Assembly (NCBI RefSeq): GCF_963921235.1 | Contig: NC_086098.1 | Span: 1,054,001 to 1,118,000 of the forward strand | Reading direction: 5' to 3' | DNA: 64,000 nucleotides | Origin: Mobula hypostoma | Taxonomy: Eukaryota | Part shown: one piece after another, positions 1 through 12,119 of the stretch | Layout of the letters: every line of letters begins with the position of its first letter | Position numbering within the stretch: position 1 is the stretch's first letter | Notes under the pieces: model-generated | Told to the model about the DNA's origin: nothing | Database searches by the model: none | The model's input: the letters and a program-made list of their open reading frames with translations, nothing else | Made by a program: the position numbers and the translations under genes

Positions 1-1530
1 AAACTGGTCTAAAGCCAACTCGTAGGCATTCAGCAAACTCACTCTCTTGAGATCCATTACCAACCTGATTTTCCCAATCGACCTGCATGCTAAAATCTCA
101 CATGACTATCACAACACCTTTTCTATTTCCCTTTGTAATATGTGGTCCACATCCCAGCTACTGTTGGGATGCCTATATATAACTGCCATCAGGGTCCTTT
201 TACATTCGTAGATTCCTAACTCAACCCACAAGGATTCAATATCTTCCATTCCTGTGTCACATCTTTCTGTGGTTTTGTTGCCACTTTTTACCAGCAGAGC
301 CAGGCCGCCTCCTCTGCTCAGCTTCCTATCCCTCCGATACAACGTAACCTTTGATATTCATTTCCCAACTACTATTATCCTTCCGCCACGATTCAGTGAT
401 GGCCACAACATCATTCCTGACAATCTGTAATAGTGCAACAAGATCATCCACCTTATTTCTGATACTTCATGCATTGAGATATTACACCTTGAGTACTGTA
501 TTTGCTACCCTTTTCGATTTTTGCATCCCCAATGCACTGATACCCTGCTGGCTGCAATTTTGTCCTATCATCTGTCTGCTCTTACTGCCCTGACTGACAC
601 TCTGACAGCATGTTATCTTTGCTTTTATACCATCCATCCTATCCAGAGTCTCTTCAGTTTGGTTCCTACCCCACTGCCAAATTAGTTTAAAACCTCACCA
701 ACAGCTTTAACAAACCTGCCCACGAGAACATTGGTCCTCCTTGGGTTCAGGTACAACCCGTCCCTTTTGTACAAGTCATACCTCCACCAGAAGAGATCCA
801 GAGGCGAGTGGCTCAGGCAGCAATCCAGAAATTACTATCCAGGTGGTCCTGCTTTACCGCTTTCTACCTAGATATTTCAATTCTCTTTACAGACCCTTTT
901 TGCTTTTCCTTCCAATGTCATTGGAACCCATATGTACCATGAAAACTGGCAGCTCTCCCTCCCTCCCTCCCTCGCCAAAATGTTATGGATGCGATCTGAG
1001 ATGTCCCTGACCCTGGCACCTGGGAGGCAACATGCCATTGGTTCTCCATTTAACGTCCTCAGAATCTCCTGATTGTTCCCCTGACTATTGAGTTCCCTCT
1101 TACTACCGCTCCCCTCTTCTCCCTCCTTCCCTCCTGCACGATGGACCCATGCTCAGTGCCAGTAACCCCGTTCCATGGCATTCCCTTGGGAAGTCATCCC
1201 CCACAACAGCATCCAAAGCGGTAGACTTACGATTGAGGGGAACGACCACAGAGATGCTCTGCACTAACTGCTTATTCAGATTTCCATTTTTTCCGACAGT
1301 CACCAAACTACTCGCCTCCTGCAACTTCAGGGTGAGTACTTCCCTGTAACTCTGATCGATTATCTCCTTTCTCGCCCGTTCAAGCTGAAGGTCATCCAGC
1401 TGCTGCTCCAAATCCTTAAAATGGTCTTCAAGGAGCTGCAGCTGGATGTCTGCATGCAGATATAGTTCTCTGGGAGACTCTGGGTCTACAAGGTCTCCGA
1501 TATCTGACATGAAGAACACAAAACAACTAT
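1..1530 (-). mobile_element. CR1 LINE 5' part (ORF1 coiled-coil/esterase region and start of the APE endonuclease), degraded
   Basis: ORF 109-342 (RRDR...GGGLALLVK...ESLWVEL...AVIYRHPNS) is the CR1 endonuclease N-terminus. ORF 1103-1606 (LQLLEDHFKDLEQQLDDL) resembles CR1 ORF1. Confidence 0.75.
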
Positions 1531-2009
1531 TTAATATACTTGGTATAGTAAGAGCAAAATAAATTAACCTTAACAGAGGCTTACTGTGAGCCAACACCAC
1601 ATCCAAGCCGAAGCCTCTGAGCCAAAGCCTGACACTCCTACTCTCACCACGAGTCTATTCCCAACATTGGCCCTTCTATACTTTTATTTAATTCACGGTG
1701 CTCTGCTCCCGCCCCTAATTGGGCCTGCAGGATGTGCAAATGCCCGTGAAGCACTCCTTTTAAACAAGCGTTGCTGACCTGCGAGAAACCTCGTCGCTGT
1801 GCTCTGCTCCTGCAGCTGATTGGACCTCCGGAATTTACCATTGACCTGATATGATTATGGCTGTGCTCTTTACAATTCTTCCCGCTTTCTCATTGCTCTG
1901 TTCTTTACCATTGTCCCTACATTATTATAGTTGTATTCCTTGCCATTACCCCATATTGTCACAGCACTTTTCTTTACCATTATCCCTGCATTCTCACAGC
2001 TCTCTTCTA

Positions 2010-2241
2010 TACCATAAGACCATAAGACAAAGGAGCAGAAGTCAGCCATTCAGCCCATCGAGTCTGCTCCACCATTTTATCATGAGCTGATCCATTCTCC
2101 CATTTAGTCCCACTCCCCCATCTTCTCACCATAACCTTTGATGCCCTGGTTACTCAGATACCTATCAATCTCTGCCTTAAATGCACCCAACGACTTGGCC
2201 TCCACTGCTGCCCGTAGCAACAAGTTCCATAGATTCACCGC
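2010..2241 (-). mobile_element. CR1 3' end fragment
   Basis: VNLWNLL..AAVEAKSLGAFKAEIDRYL C-terminus and a (TCTTATGG)n tail; cut by the LTR at 2242. Confidence 0.85.
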
Positions 2242-2904
2242 TGTAGTGTTCTTGTGCAGTGTGTTGAAACTCTGACTAAACACCAAGTTAAACCGGAGCC
2301 AATGAAGACAGAGTCATAGTAAGGTTAATCATTTACTGTTCACTCTTCCACATTAACATCGTATGGTGAAAACTGTTGATTAAAAAAAATACAAACGTAT
2401 ACAGTGTTTCATTCTGGAGACCACGCGCGCTCTCTTCTTTTAGCGAGTGTCTCCAGCCGCCCTGAGTAGCGGGCGAGGAGGGTCCTGTCAAACCGCCATC
2501 GGGCTCGAGCTGACCCTGCATCTGAAATTGAAAATCTGGCACGCATGCCGCCCCAACCGTCGCTTCCTTAACAGAAACCACGTTAATATTTTCACTTCAA
2601 ATTCATTCTTATGAACCTACGGCGTTGCTTCTATGATGTTTCTTTGTGGGTAGAAACGGAGCTCTTCACAATCATACTACATGCATGGCACCTGCCTTCA
2701 CACCTTCTCTGAACCGTTTACACATAAGATGCGGCGAAACTGGAGGTGATGTCATCGCATGCTGTGATATACCATAGACAATAAATTTACCTTTGTTATA
2801 CTGCAACTTAATTATCAACCTTTAACTTTAACTAGAAAATAGTTACAAGCAAATCATTTAAAACGTAGACCCAACGAAGTCAAATAAATGCCTTAAGGGC
2901 AACA
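2242..2904 (-). mobile_element. 3' LTR of a BEL/Pao retrotransposon
   Basis: Minus strand reads TGTT...TACA and is preceded by the polypurine tract AGGCGGGGAGTG (2905-2916). Homologous solo LTR at 49968-50412. Confidence 0.85.
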
Positions 2905-4872
2905 CACTCCCCGCCTGACCTTTGTAAGGTCACTATAAACATGGTATAGAACTTTAGTCTCTAGATCAGTCTTTAGGTAGAAGTAGAACAACCTCTGTAA
3001 CTGGTCTCAGGTTTCCTTTTCAGAGTTCGTTATAAAGATGTGAACTGGTTGACTGCCTGCTCTTTGTTGTTTGGCAAGCGCTGGCGCGACTCTGAATGGT
3101 AGTGGGGCGACCCAGTTGTTTGCTTCATCTCTAAAAACCTTTGTGTCCGTTATTTTTAAGGAGATGGCGTTTTCCACAGGTGGAGCAAGTTTATTATCAT
3201 GCTTAGTTTGAGCGAAGACTGACTGTCCCAGTGTCTGCTCAGTTACTTTACTATGCTCGTTCCTTTGTTATGCTTCCTTGATACACGCCACACTTGTGGA
3301 GGGTTGAGAAATTGAATAGTGGCCACTCTCTAGCATGTTAGTCTTGAGCGTGTTAACTGTCGGTTTGTGTACGTTGCCAGGGCACACTTCTTCTATCACC
3401 ACCCAGCCCAGATCCAGACGTTGGGCGAAGGGGGCGTTGTGTGGTCCATTGACCTGCTGCCTGACTTTGTGCACCCTAAGAACGTCTCTTCCGAGTAGCA
3501 GGAGTATTTCTGCTTCCGGATCCAGTTCTGGGATGTGCTTGGCAATATGGTGGAGATGGGGCTGGTGTAGCACCGCGCTTGGCGTGGGAATCTCGGATCG
3601 GTTATTTAAGATCTCATTGTGCTCTAAGAGTGGAGGGAGACTGATGACGACTTTGCCATCCAGCAACACGTGCTAGAAGCCTTCTGCCTTCCTGCCATAT
3701 GTTTCTGCAATGCCAGAGCAAGTTCTGAGGTAGTATGGGAATGGATTACCCTTTATGCTGAACAACTTGAAGAACTCTGGTCTCACTAGTGACCGGTTGC
3801 TCTGGTCGTCCAGAATTACATAGGCTTTGATGGCCTTGTCTTTGGCTCCCTTAGGGTATATCTTAGTGAGGCAGATCTTTGAGCACGAACGGCTCGACTG
3901 ACCTGGACTGCAAACTTCTGTGCAGCTCGAGCTGAGAATAGTTGTATCAGAGTGATGCTCTCCCTCCCCGCCATCCTCATGTGGGGGTGGAGGAGCCTTG
4001 GCAGTTTGCGGTGACAGGCTGGGATGCATGGCTCCATCATGATTAGTGCTGTTACATTCCGAGCACTTTACGGGGAACGTACACTCTTTAGCGTGGTAGG
4101 AGGTAGAGGAACACCACTTAAAACATATTCTTTTTTCCTTGAGAAGGGCCTTTCTTTTGTTAAAGGGTTTGTTTTGAAACATTCTGCAGTTTTTGAAGGG
4201 GTGGGGTTTGTTGTGCAATGGACAATTCTTGCTAAGGTCATCGTTGATTGCGGAGACTTCGGTTTTATGCACTGAGACAGGTTTATTGATGACAAAATTG
4301 TTCGAAATGGGTTTGACTGGATTGGTCTGAGTTGTGGTGCTGCCTTGATTCATGAAGCTGGGGTCGTTTCGCCTCTTCGCCTCCTTGCACACAAACCTAC
4401 TAAAATACTCAAAGAGAGGGAATCGACCACCGTTCTCTTCCTTGTACTCTGAGCCAATAGACACCCATCTTTCCTGCAGCCCGAATGGAAGCTTGTCCAC
4501 AATTGGTCCAACTCCGCATGAGGTATCCAGATACGACAGGTCAGTTAAATAGCCGTCTTCTTTAGCACCTTGAATCTCTATGAGTAAATCTCCAAGTTCT
4601 CGTAATTTAGTGTGATCCTTGGCTGACACCCTAGGAAAATTGTCCAGCCGTTGAAATAGCGCCCTCTCAATAATTTCAGGGGCCGCATAGCAGTCCTGAA
4701 GTCTCTTCCATGCCTTGTGTAAGGCTAGCTTGGGGTTGCTGACGTACACTGAGTGTATGCGTTTCACCTGTCACTTGATTCCTTTCCTAGCCATTTAGTC
4801 ATAAGGTCCAACTCTTGGGTTGCTGTGAGCTGGACTCCGCCGTTGGCACTGGTGAATGAGGAGTACCATGCA
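2905..4872 (-). mobile_element. BEL/Pao internal region: gag zinc knuckles and protease, internally deleted and 5' truncated
   Basis: ORF 3673-4767 has three Cys/His knuckles and YVILDDQSNRS (protease). ORF 3268-3669 has LLLGRD...LGWVV. The polyprotein end LRPVTEVVLLLPKD* lies at about 2966-3010. Confidence 0.85.
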
Positions 4873-4904
4873 TGATAATATAGTAAAATAATTAAAATAT
4901 AGCA

Positions 4905-6912
4905 TCAGGAGCATTTGATGGCTTGGGGCCTGTCCTTGCTAGAATTTAGAAGAATGGCAGGAGGAGGGGAACTCTCACTGAAATCTATTGAATATTGAAA
5001 GGCCTAGATAGAGTGGATATGGAAAGGATTTTTCTTATAGTGGGGGACCTTCAGACCCTAGGGCACAGCCTCAGAATATAGGTGTCCCCCGCTTTTCGAA
5101 TGTTTGCTTTATGAAACCTCACTGTTACGAAAGACCTACATTAGTACCCTATTTTCGCTTTCAGAAGGTGTTTTCACTGTTACGAAGAAAGGCAGCGCGC
5201 GAGAAAAATCAGTGCACGATAAAAGGCAGTGCGCGCCCCAAGCAGCCGCTCTGCCCCGGATTTGGAACGGCATTGCTTAAACACGTTGCATTGAGCAGCT
5301 GTTAGCAAGATGAGTTCTAAGGTGTCGGAAAAGCCTGAAAGAGTAAGGGTGTTACACTTAACATAAAATTAGTCATAATTAAGCGTTTCTATCGTGGTGA
5401 ACGAAGCAAGGATAAAGTGAGTTTGGCTTGTGGAAGTTGACGAAGATGATGTTGAAGAGGTTTTGGCATCCCATGACCAAGAACTGATAGACGAAGAGCT
5501 GGTGCAATTGGAAGAGGAAAGGATAACAATTGAAACCGAATGCAGAAAGTGAAGCAACTGCGTGAGATTTTCGCTGCAATGATAAAGTACGACTTTAATT
5601 TTGAAAGGGTACGTAGGTTTAGGGGATATTTGCAGGATGGTTTGAGTGCTTACAAACAACTGTATGATAGAAAAATGCGCGAGGCTCAGCAGTCAAGCAA
5701 GCCTTCCACATCAGCCACAGCAGACGACGAACCTCGACCTTCGACATCGAGGCGGGCAGTCATAGGAGAAGATGAGCTACCTGCCCTGATCGACGACAAG
5801 ATGACACCCCCGTGTCCCACCACCCCAACACCCGGGCCCCGGCCAGATACTGTACCGATTCGCGAAGAACGCAGCGGTAGCTGGGAAGCACACAGCACAT
5901 CTTTAAGAAAAAAACTGAAATAAACATGCTAATTAAATAGGTGTCGCCTAGCACGTAATTGTCGGCCCAGATCAGAGGCGATGCAATCGGCGATCACCTC
6001 CGTTCTGCGCCGACATTTACGTGCCAGGTAGCACCTAATTAATTAGCATGTTTATTTCGGCTTTTTTCTTAACGATGTGCTGTGTGCTTCCCGGCGGGTC
6101 GGTGGCCCGGAGGGTGGGGACCACTGCACCACCCAGCCTGCGATGACTCAGTCTAACACACCATCATCAGTGTGCTCGATGTCTTCCCAATTCCGGTAAG
6201 TGATACTACACTGTACATACATTATTTCTACTTTATATAGGCTGAGTATTTTTACGTGTTATTTGGTAGGTTTGGTAGCTTCATAGTTTAAAGGTTACTG
6301 GAGAGCAAGTTTATGCCAACAGCGCTTGCGTGAGATTCTCTGCCGAGAACGCTTGCGTGAGATTTTCACTACGGAGATCTGTGCGGGCAATTGTTGTAGA
6401 GAAGTATTTCTACTTTATATAGGCTGTGTATTTATCATATCATTCCTGCTTTTACTATGTGTTTACTGTTATTTTAGGTTTTTTGTGTTATTTGGCATGA
6501 TTTGGTAGGTTATTTTTGGGTCTGTGAGCGCTCACAAAATTTTCCCATGTAAATAAATGGTAAATGCTTCTTCGCTTTACGACGTTTCGGCTTACAAACT
6601 GTTTCATAGGAACGCTCTACCTTTGGATGGTGGGGGAAACCTGTAGAGGGCTTTCAATTTAGAACAGAGAACAATTTGGAAAAACTTCTTTAGCCAGACG
6701 GTGTTGAATCTGTGGAATTGATTGCCACTGACAACTGCGCAGACAAGTCATTGGGTGTGTTGATAATTTGTTGATTAATCAGGGCATCAAAGTTTACGGG
6801 GAGAAGGCAGCAGAATGGGGATGAGAGGGAAAGTAAATCAGCCATGATGAAAAGACGGAGAAGACTGATGGGCCGAGTGGCCACCTTCTGCTTCTATGTC
6901 TTATGGTCTTCT
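4905..6912 (+). mobile_element. CR1 3' fragment (4905-5078 and 6646-6912) split by a DNA transposon
   Basis: ...agcctcagaata|gagggc... rejoins across the insertion; CR1 C-terminal coding remnant and TCTTATGG tail. Confidence 0.8.
5079..6643 (+). mobile_element. Tigger/pogo-like DNA transposon, internally deleted and non-autonomous
   Basis: Imperfect TIRs (C/T)AGGTGTCCCCC...GGGGGAAACCTG with TA TSD. N-terminal HTH remnant MSSKVSEKPE...KRF.RGERSKD is fused directly to the acidic C-terminus EVDEDDVEEVLASHDQEL; the catalytic core is absent. Confidence 0.85.
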
Positions 6913-6996
6913 AACATTCCTATTGGTCTTTACAAATAACAAGATATTACATTGAGGAAAACTTGTGCCTCTTCAATATTGTGTTTCATTTAAAAG

Positions 6997-7120
6997 GATT
7001 AGAAGAAACAAGCACTTTTGGCATGTTTATGCAAGGATGCATTTGATTTCAAGAGATAATCCTTGAAAAGTGTATTGAAATACTGATTTTATCATTTTGT
7101 ATGAGGCAATTGTATTCCAG
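6997..7120 (+). other. Candidate non-coding 5'UTR exon of FBXL4
   Basis: Non-repeat island with tgtttcatttaaaag|G acceptor and a perfect CAG|gtaagt donor at 7120/7121. No transcript evidence. Confidence 0.3.
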
Positions 7121-7359
7121 GTAAGTGGAAGCAGTACATTTACGTTGTATTACTCTGAGATGCAAAGGGACATGGGAGCCCTTGTGCAAGATACCCAAAA
7201 GGTTAACCTCCAGGTTAAGTCAGTGGTGAAGAAGGCGAATGCAATGTTGGCATTCATTTCTAGAGGTATAGAATATAAGTGCAGGGATATGATGTTGAGG
7301 CTCTATAAGGCACTCATGAGACCACACTTAGAGTATTGTGTGCAGTTTTGGGCTCCTTA

Positions 7360-8056
7360 GTGGTGCGCAGTGGAACAGGTCAAAAGCTTTAAGTTCTGTG
7401 GGGTCAATATCACAAATGACCTGACTTGGTCCAACCAAGCAGAGTCCACTGCCAAGAAGGCCCACCAGCACCTTTACTTCCTGAGAAAACTAAAGAAATT
7501 TGGCCTGTCCCCTAAAACCCTCACTAATTTTTATAGATGCACCGTAGAAAGCATTCTTCTCGGGTGCATCACAACCTGGTATGGAAGTTGTCCTGTCCAA
7601 GACTGGAAGAAGCTGCAGAAGATCGTGAACACGGCGCAGCACATCACACAAACCAGTCTTCCATCCTTGGACTCACTTTACACCGCCTGCTGTCGGAGCA
7701 GTGCTGCCAGGATAATCAAGGACAAGACCCACCCAGCCAACACAATTTTCGTCCCTCTTCCCTCCGGGAGAAGGTTCAGGAGCGTGAAGACTCGCAGCTT
7801 CTTTCCAACTGATAAGACTGCTAAATGGATCCTGACCTGGATCTGGGCCACACCCTCCAAATATCCGGACCTGCCTCTCAGTTTTTTTGCACTGCCTTAC
7901 TTTCCATTTTTCTATTTTCTATTTATGATTTATAATTTAAATTTTTAATATTTACTATCGATTTGTAATCCAGGGAGCGGGAAGTGCAGAATCAAATATT
8001 GCTGTGATGATTGTACGCTCTAGTATCAATTGTTTGGTGACAATAAAGTAGAAAGT
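7360..8056 (+). mobile_element. Rex1/Babar LINE 3' fragment
   Basis: ORF 7370-7948 [15 protein letters not shown]...KKAHQHLYFLRKLKKFGL...FYRCTVESILLGCITTWYG; near-identical to copies at 48047 and 57484. Confidence 0.85.
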
Positions 8057-8173
8057 ATTTATTTTAGAAAGGAAATACTGACATTGGAGAGGGTTCAGAG
8101 AAGATTCATGAGAATGATTCCAGGAATGAAAGAGTTACCGTATGAGGAACGTCCGGCAGCTCCTGGGCTGTGT

Positions 8174-8540
8174 TCAGAATCAGTATCAGGTTTATTATCA
8201 CCGGCATGTGATGTGAAACTTGTTAACTCAGCAGCAGCAGTTCAATGCAATACGTAATCTAGCAGAGAGAAAGAAAAAAATAATAATAAATAAAACATAA
8301 TAATAAACAAGTAAATCAATTATGTATATTGAATAGATTATTTAAAATGTGCAAAAATATTTTTCTATTAAAAAATGAGGTACTGTCCAATCCTTCAATG
8401 TCCATTTAGGAATCAGGTGGCAGAGGGGAAGAAGCTGTGCCTGAATTGCTGAGTGTGTGCTTTCAGTCTTCTGTACCTCCCGCCTGATGGTAACAGTGAG
8501 AAAAGGGCATGCCCTGGGTGCTGGAGGTCTTTAATAATCT
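8174..8540 (-). mobile_element. Rex1/Babar-type 3' end (second subfamily)
   Basis: IIKDLQHPGHALFSLLPSGGRYRRLKAHT..FRHSFFP and an (ATTCTG)n-like tail; similar to the end at 62757. Confidence 0.75.
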
Positions 8541-9519
8541 CCTGAATTCCCTGGAGTTCAGGAGAATGGGGCGGGGGGAATCTCATAGAAACATTCAGAA
8601 TGTTAAAAGGCCGGAACAGATTAAATATGGCAAAGTTATTTCCCATGGTAGGGAATTCTAGGACAAGAGGGCATGACTTCAGGATTGAAAGACGTCCTTT
8701 TAGAACTGAGATGCAGAGAAATTACTTTAGTCAGAGGGTGGTAAATCTGTGGAATTTGTTGCCATGAGCGGCTGTACAGGCCAAGTCATTGGGTGTATTT
8801 AAGGCAGAGATAGATAGGTTCTTGATTATGCAGGGCATCAAAGGATAAGAGGTGAAAGCAGGGGAGTTGGGGTGACTGGAAGAATTGGATCAGCCCATGA
8901 TTGAATGACAGAGCATTTTGATGGGCCGAATGGCCTACTTCTATATCTTATGGTCTACTCCTATAGAGTCAAAGTACACTACAGCACAGAAGCAGACCTT
9001 CTGGCCCATCTAGTTCCTGCTGAACTATTAATCACCCTGGTTCCATTGACCTGCACCAGAACCATAGTTCATCATACCTCTCCTATCTAAATTTCTCTTT
9101 AATGTTGTAAAAAAAAAAGCCACATTCCCTACCCACTTCCGCTGGCAGCTCGTTCCATACGTTCAGGGTTATCTGGTAAAATATGCATATTCAATGTGAT
9201 CATGTTAACCATTGTATTTTATCCTATAATAAATTCTACCATCAAGTTTATGCTTTTGTTGACTGTTAGTATTTACTCCATATGTTGTGTGCATTGGTAA
9301 ACAAAAATTAAGCTGTTGATTTGTTATGACCCAGCATTTTATTTTTTTGTGACTTTTGGCAATATGATTTTGATGTACACTCAGTGGCCACTTTATTAGG
9401 TACACCTGTACACCTTAATACACTAGCTGAAGTCGAAAATGGTAGAGGTGAAATGTTGTTCAGACTGGATAAGCAGTGTATCTGATTTGATTTTCTCTGT
9501 GTGTTCTTTGAAACCTACA

Positions 9520-9870
9520 TCATTTCACACATTCTTTTTCTCTCTCTCCTTTTTTCTCCCTCTGTCCCTCTGACTATATCCCTTGCTCATCCTCTGGGTT
9601 CCCCCCGCCTTCTCCCTGGGCCTCCTGTCCCATTATCCTCTCATATTTCTTTTGCCAAACACCTGTCCAGCTCTTGGCTCCATCCCTCCCCCTCTTGTCT
9701 TCTCCTATCATTTCGGATCTCCCCCTCCCCCTCCCACTTTCAAATCTCTTACTAGCTCTTCCTTCAGTTAGTCCTGACAAAGGGTCTTGGCCCAAGACGT
9801 CGACTGTACCTCTTTCCAGAGATGCTGCCTGGCCTGCTGCGTTCACCAGCAACTTTGATGTGTGTTGCTT
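9520..9870 (+). mobile_element. Penelope-like element pseudo-LTR fragment
   Basis: Homologous to the 3' ends at 17650-18038, 29110-29499 and 61130-61480. Confidence 0.8.
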
Positions 9871-10184
9871 ATTCATAACTGTATATTTTAACATGTTCAA
9901 TACTTAATGTTTCATAATTTAACTTTTTCAAACTTTTGAATTAGTGGGATTGTTGTATCCTACACAGTTCACTCAAACCTTCAGTGTAATTTTGTCTTTC
10001 ATGGCTCTAAATAGTACAGGCATATTTACATTACAGCAATTTACAGTGTTTAAATTGGACATAGTTGCAGTATTGGTGGTAATCCATGTGATCTTTGTAG
10101 AGCAGCACAAGGATTAAGTAATTACTAGAACAGATGTTCAGAACATTCTGGACTTGGGGAGGAGGAAAAGCAAATGTTACATAG

Positions 10185-11182
10185 TACCACCAAATGCTAG
10201 AGGGAGTCAGCAGCACACACAAAATGTTGGAGGACCTCAGCAGGTCAGGCAAAGAGTATAGTCGATGTTTTGGACTGAGAACCTTCAGCAGGACTGGGAA
10301 TCTTTTCCATAGATTCTGCCTGGCCTGCTGAGTTCCTCCAGCATTTTGTGTGTGAAGCTTGAATTTCCAGCATCTGCAGAATTTCTCCTGTGAGGAACTC
10401 AGCAGGTTAGGCAGTGTCTATGGAAAGGAGTAAACAGCCGATGTTTCTGGCTGACTTACCCAGCTTTCCACACCCCCAACAGCCACTACTTTTTCATTTC
10501 CCATCAGAGTCACCTTGTGCCTAAAATCACTTTATGAACATACAATCAATCTATGTATAGAAGCTATCTTATGTATTTATATTTATTGTGTTTTTTAAAT
10601 TATTGTATTTTTTTATCTACGTGTTTTTATTGTGCTACATCAGATCTGCGGTAACAATTATTTCATTCTACTTTACACCTGTGCATAGGAAATAACATTG
10701 AACAATCTTGAACAATACAGCAAAACGTTGGAGGAACTCAACAGGCCAGACAGACTGTATGAAAAAGAGCTGATGTTTCAGAAACCTTTCATCGGGAACT
10801 CAGCCCAATCAGGATCTCAGCCTGAAACGTCGGCTGTTTGCTCTTCAATGGATGTTGCCTGGCCTGCTGAGTTCCTCTGGCATTTAGTGTGTGTTGCTTG
10901 GATTTCCAACATCTGCAGATTTCTTCATATTTGAACAGACTCAGGCTGGTATCGGTACCACTTGGACTATTTCTTGTTTATACCATTGTATTGTAGATGA
11001 CATTTCCTATGTAGAACGAAAATCTGTGGGTATACTGCTCCCTTTTAGTCCTGAGGAAGGGCTTTGGCCTGAAATATCGACTGTTTATTCATTTCCATAG
11101 TTGCTGCCCAACCTACTGAGTTCCTCCAGTGTTTTGTGTTTGTTGCTCTGGATTTCCAACATCTGCAGAATCTCTGGTGTTT
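10185..11182. mobile_element. Cluster of short Penelope-derived terminal units (10214-10391, about 10715-10930, about 11045-11182)
   Basis: Repeated ACACAAAATGCTGGAGGAACTCAGCAGG termini in both orientations, each next to a hammerhead-like motif. Confidence 0.7.
11047..11082 (+). ncRNA. Hammerhead motif variant
   Basis: AGTC-CTGAGGA-AGG gctttgg CCT-GAAA-TA-TC-GACT; the palindromic ACGT is replaced by palindromic ATAT. Confidence 0.55.
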
Positions 11183-11324
11183 ATTATTCACTGCTCCCTT
11201 TCACTTTTTTCATTGTTTGCATGTAGTATAATCTGCTTTGATATTTTGTGGAGAGCTGTGAGAAGTCATGATTTTATAGTGTGTTTTTCAATCACTCTAT
11301 TCGGAAAATATGCATAAGAATACA

Positions 11325-12112
11325 GTGTTGGGAAATGTATGATGCATTTTGATAAAAGGAACAATATTAGGAACTATTATCTAAGTGGGGAGAAGGTTCA
11401 GACATCAGAGGTGCAGAGGGACTTAGGAGTCCAGGTGCAAGATCCCCAGAAGGTTAATTTACAGGTTGAGTCTGTGGCAAAGAAGGCAGATACAATGTTT
11501 GCATTTATTTCAAGGGGAGTAATATATAAAAGCAAGGAGATAAAACTGAGCCTTTAAAAAACACAAGTCAGGCCACACATGGAGCTTTGGGCCCCATATT
11601 TCAAAGGATGTGTTGTCATTGGAGAGAGTCCCGAGGAGGTTCATGAGGATGATTCTGGGATTGAAGGTGTTAACATATGAGGAGCATTTGTTAGCTTTGG
11701 GCCTGTACTCACTGGAATTTAGAAGAACATATGGGGATCTCATTGAAACCTACTGAATGTTGAAAGGACTAGATAGGGTGGATGTGGAGAGGATGTTTTC
11801 TATGGTGGAGGTATCCAGAACTAGAGGGTTCTGCCTCAGAGTTGGGAGGTAACCCTTTAGAACAGAAGTAAGGAATTATTTTAGTCAGAGAGTAATAGTT
11901 CTGTGGATTGCTCTGCCACAGACTGCAGTGGAGGCCAAGTCCATGGGTATATTTATGGTGGAAGTTGATCATCTCGTGATAGGTCTGGGCAACAAAGGAT
12001 TTGGCGAGAAGGTAGGTTAATGTGGTTGAGTGGGATCCGGGATCAGCCATGATGGAATGGCAGAACAAACTCAATGGGCTGAATGGCCTAATTTTGCGCC
12101 ACTGTCTTATGG
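11325..12112 (+). mobile_element. CR1 3' fragment, degraded
   Basis: KCxxMHF...EVQRDLGV...AFISRG remnant through to the 3' tail. Confidence 0.8.
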
Positions 12113-12119
12113 ACTGGTT

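Larger units (their letters stand above)
7150..8960 (+). mobile_element. CR1 3' portion interrupted twice by Rex1-type inserts
   Basis: QRDMGALV...LYKALMRPHLEYCVQFWAP, resumes at about 8057 (LERVQRRFMRMIPG) and again at about 8549, then reaches the tail. Confidence 0.8.

Noticed and set aside
1851..2010. Hydrophobic ORF resembling a signal-peptide protein
   Set aside because: Low-complexity CT-rich sequence with short internal repeats (TCTTTACCATT) that runs into a CR1 tail.
9378..9415. Lone Tc1/mariner TIR ending at the same base where the copy at 57447 is interrupted
   Set aside because: Only two cases, with different adjoining sequence, so it cannot be distinguished from coincidence.
10185..11182. 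CRISPR-like or regular repeat-spacer array
   Set aside because: The repeats are irregularly spaced, occur in both orientations, match Penelope termini, and the context is eukaryotic.
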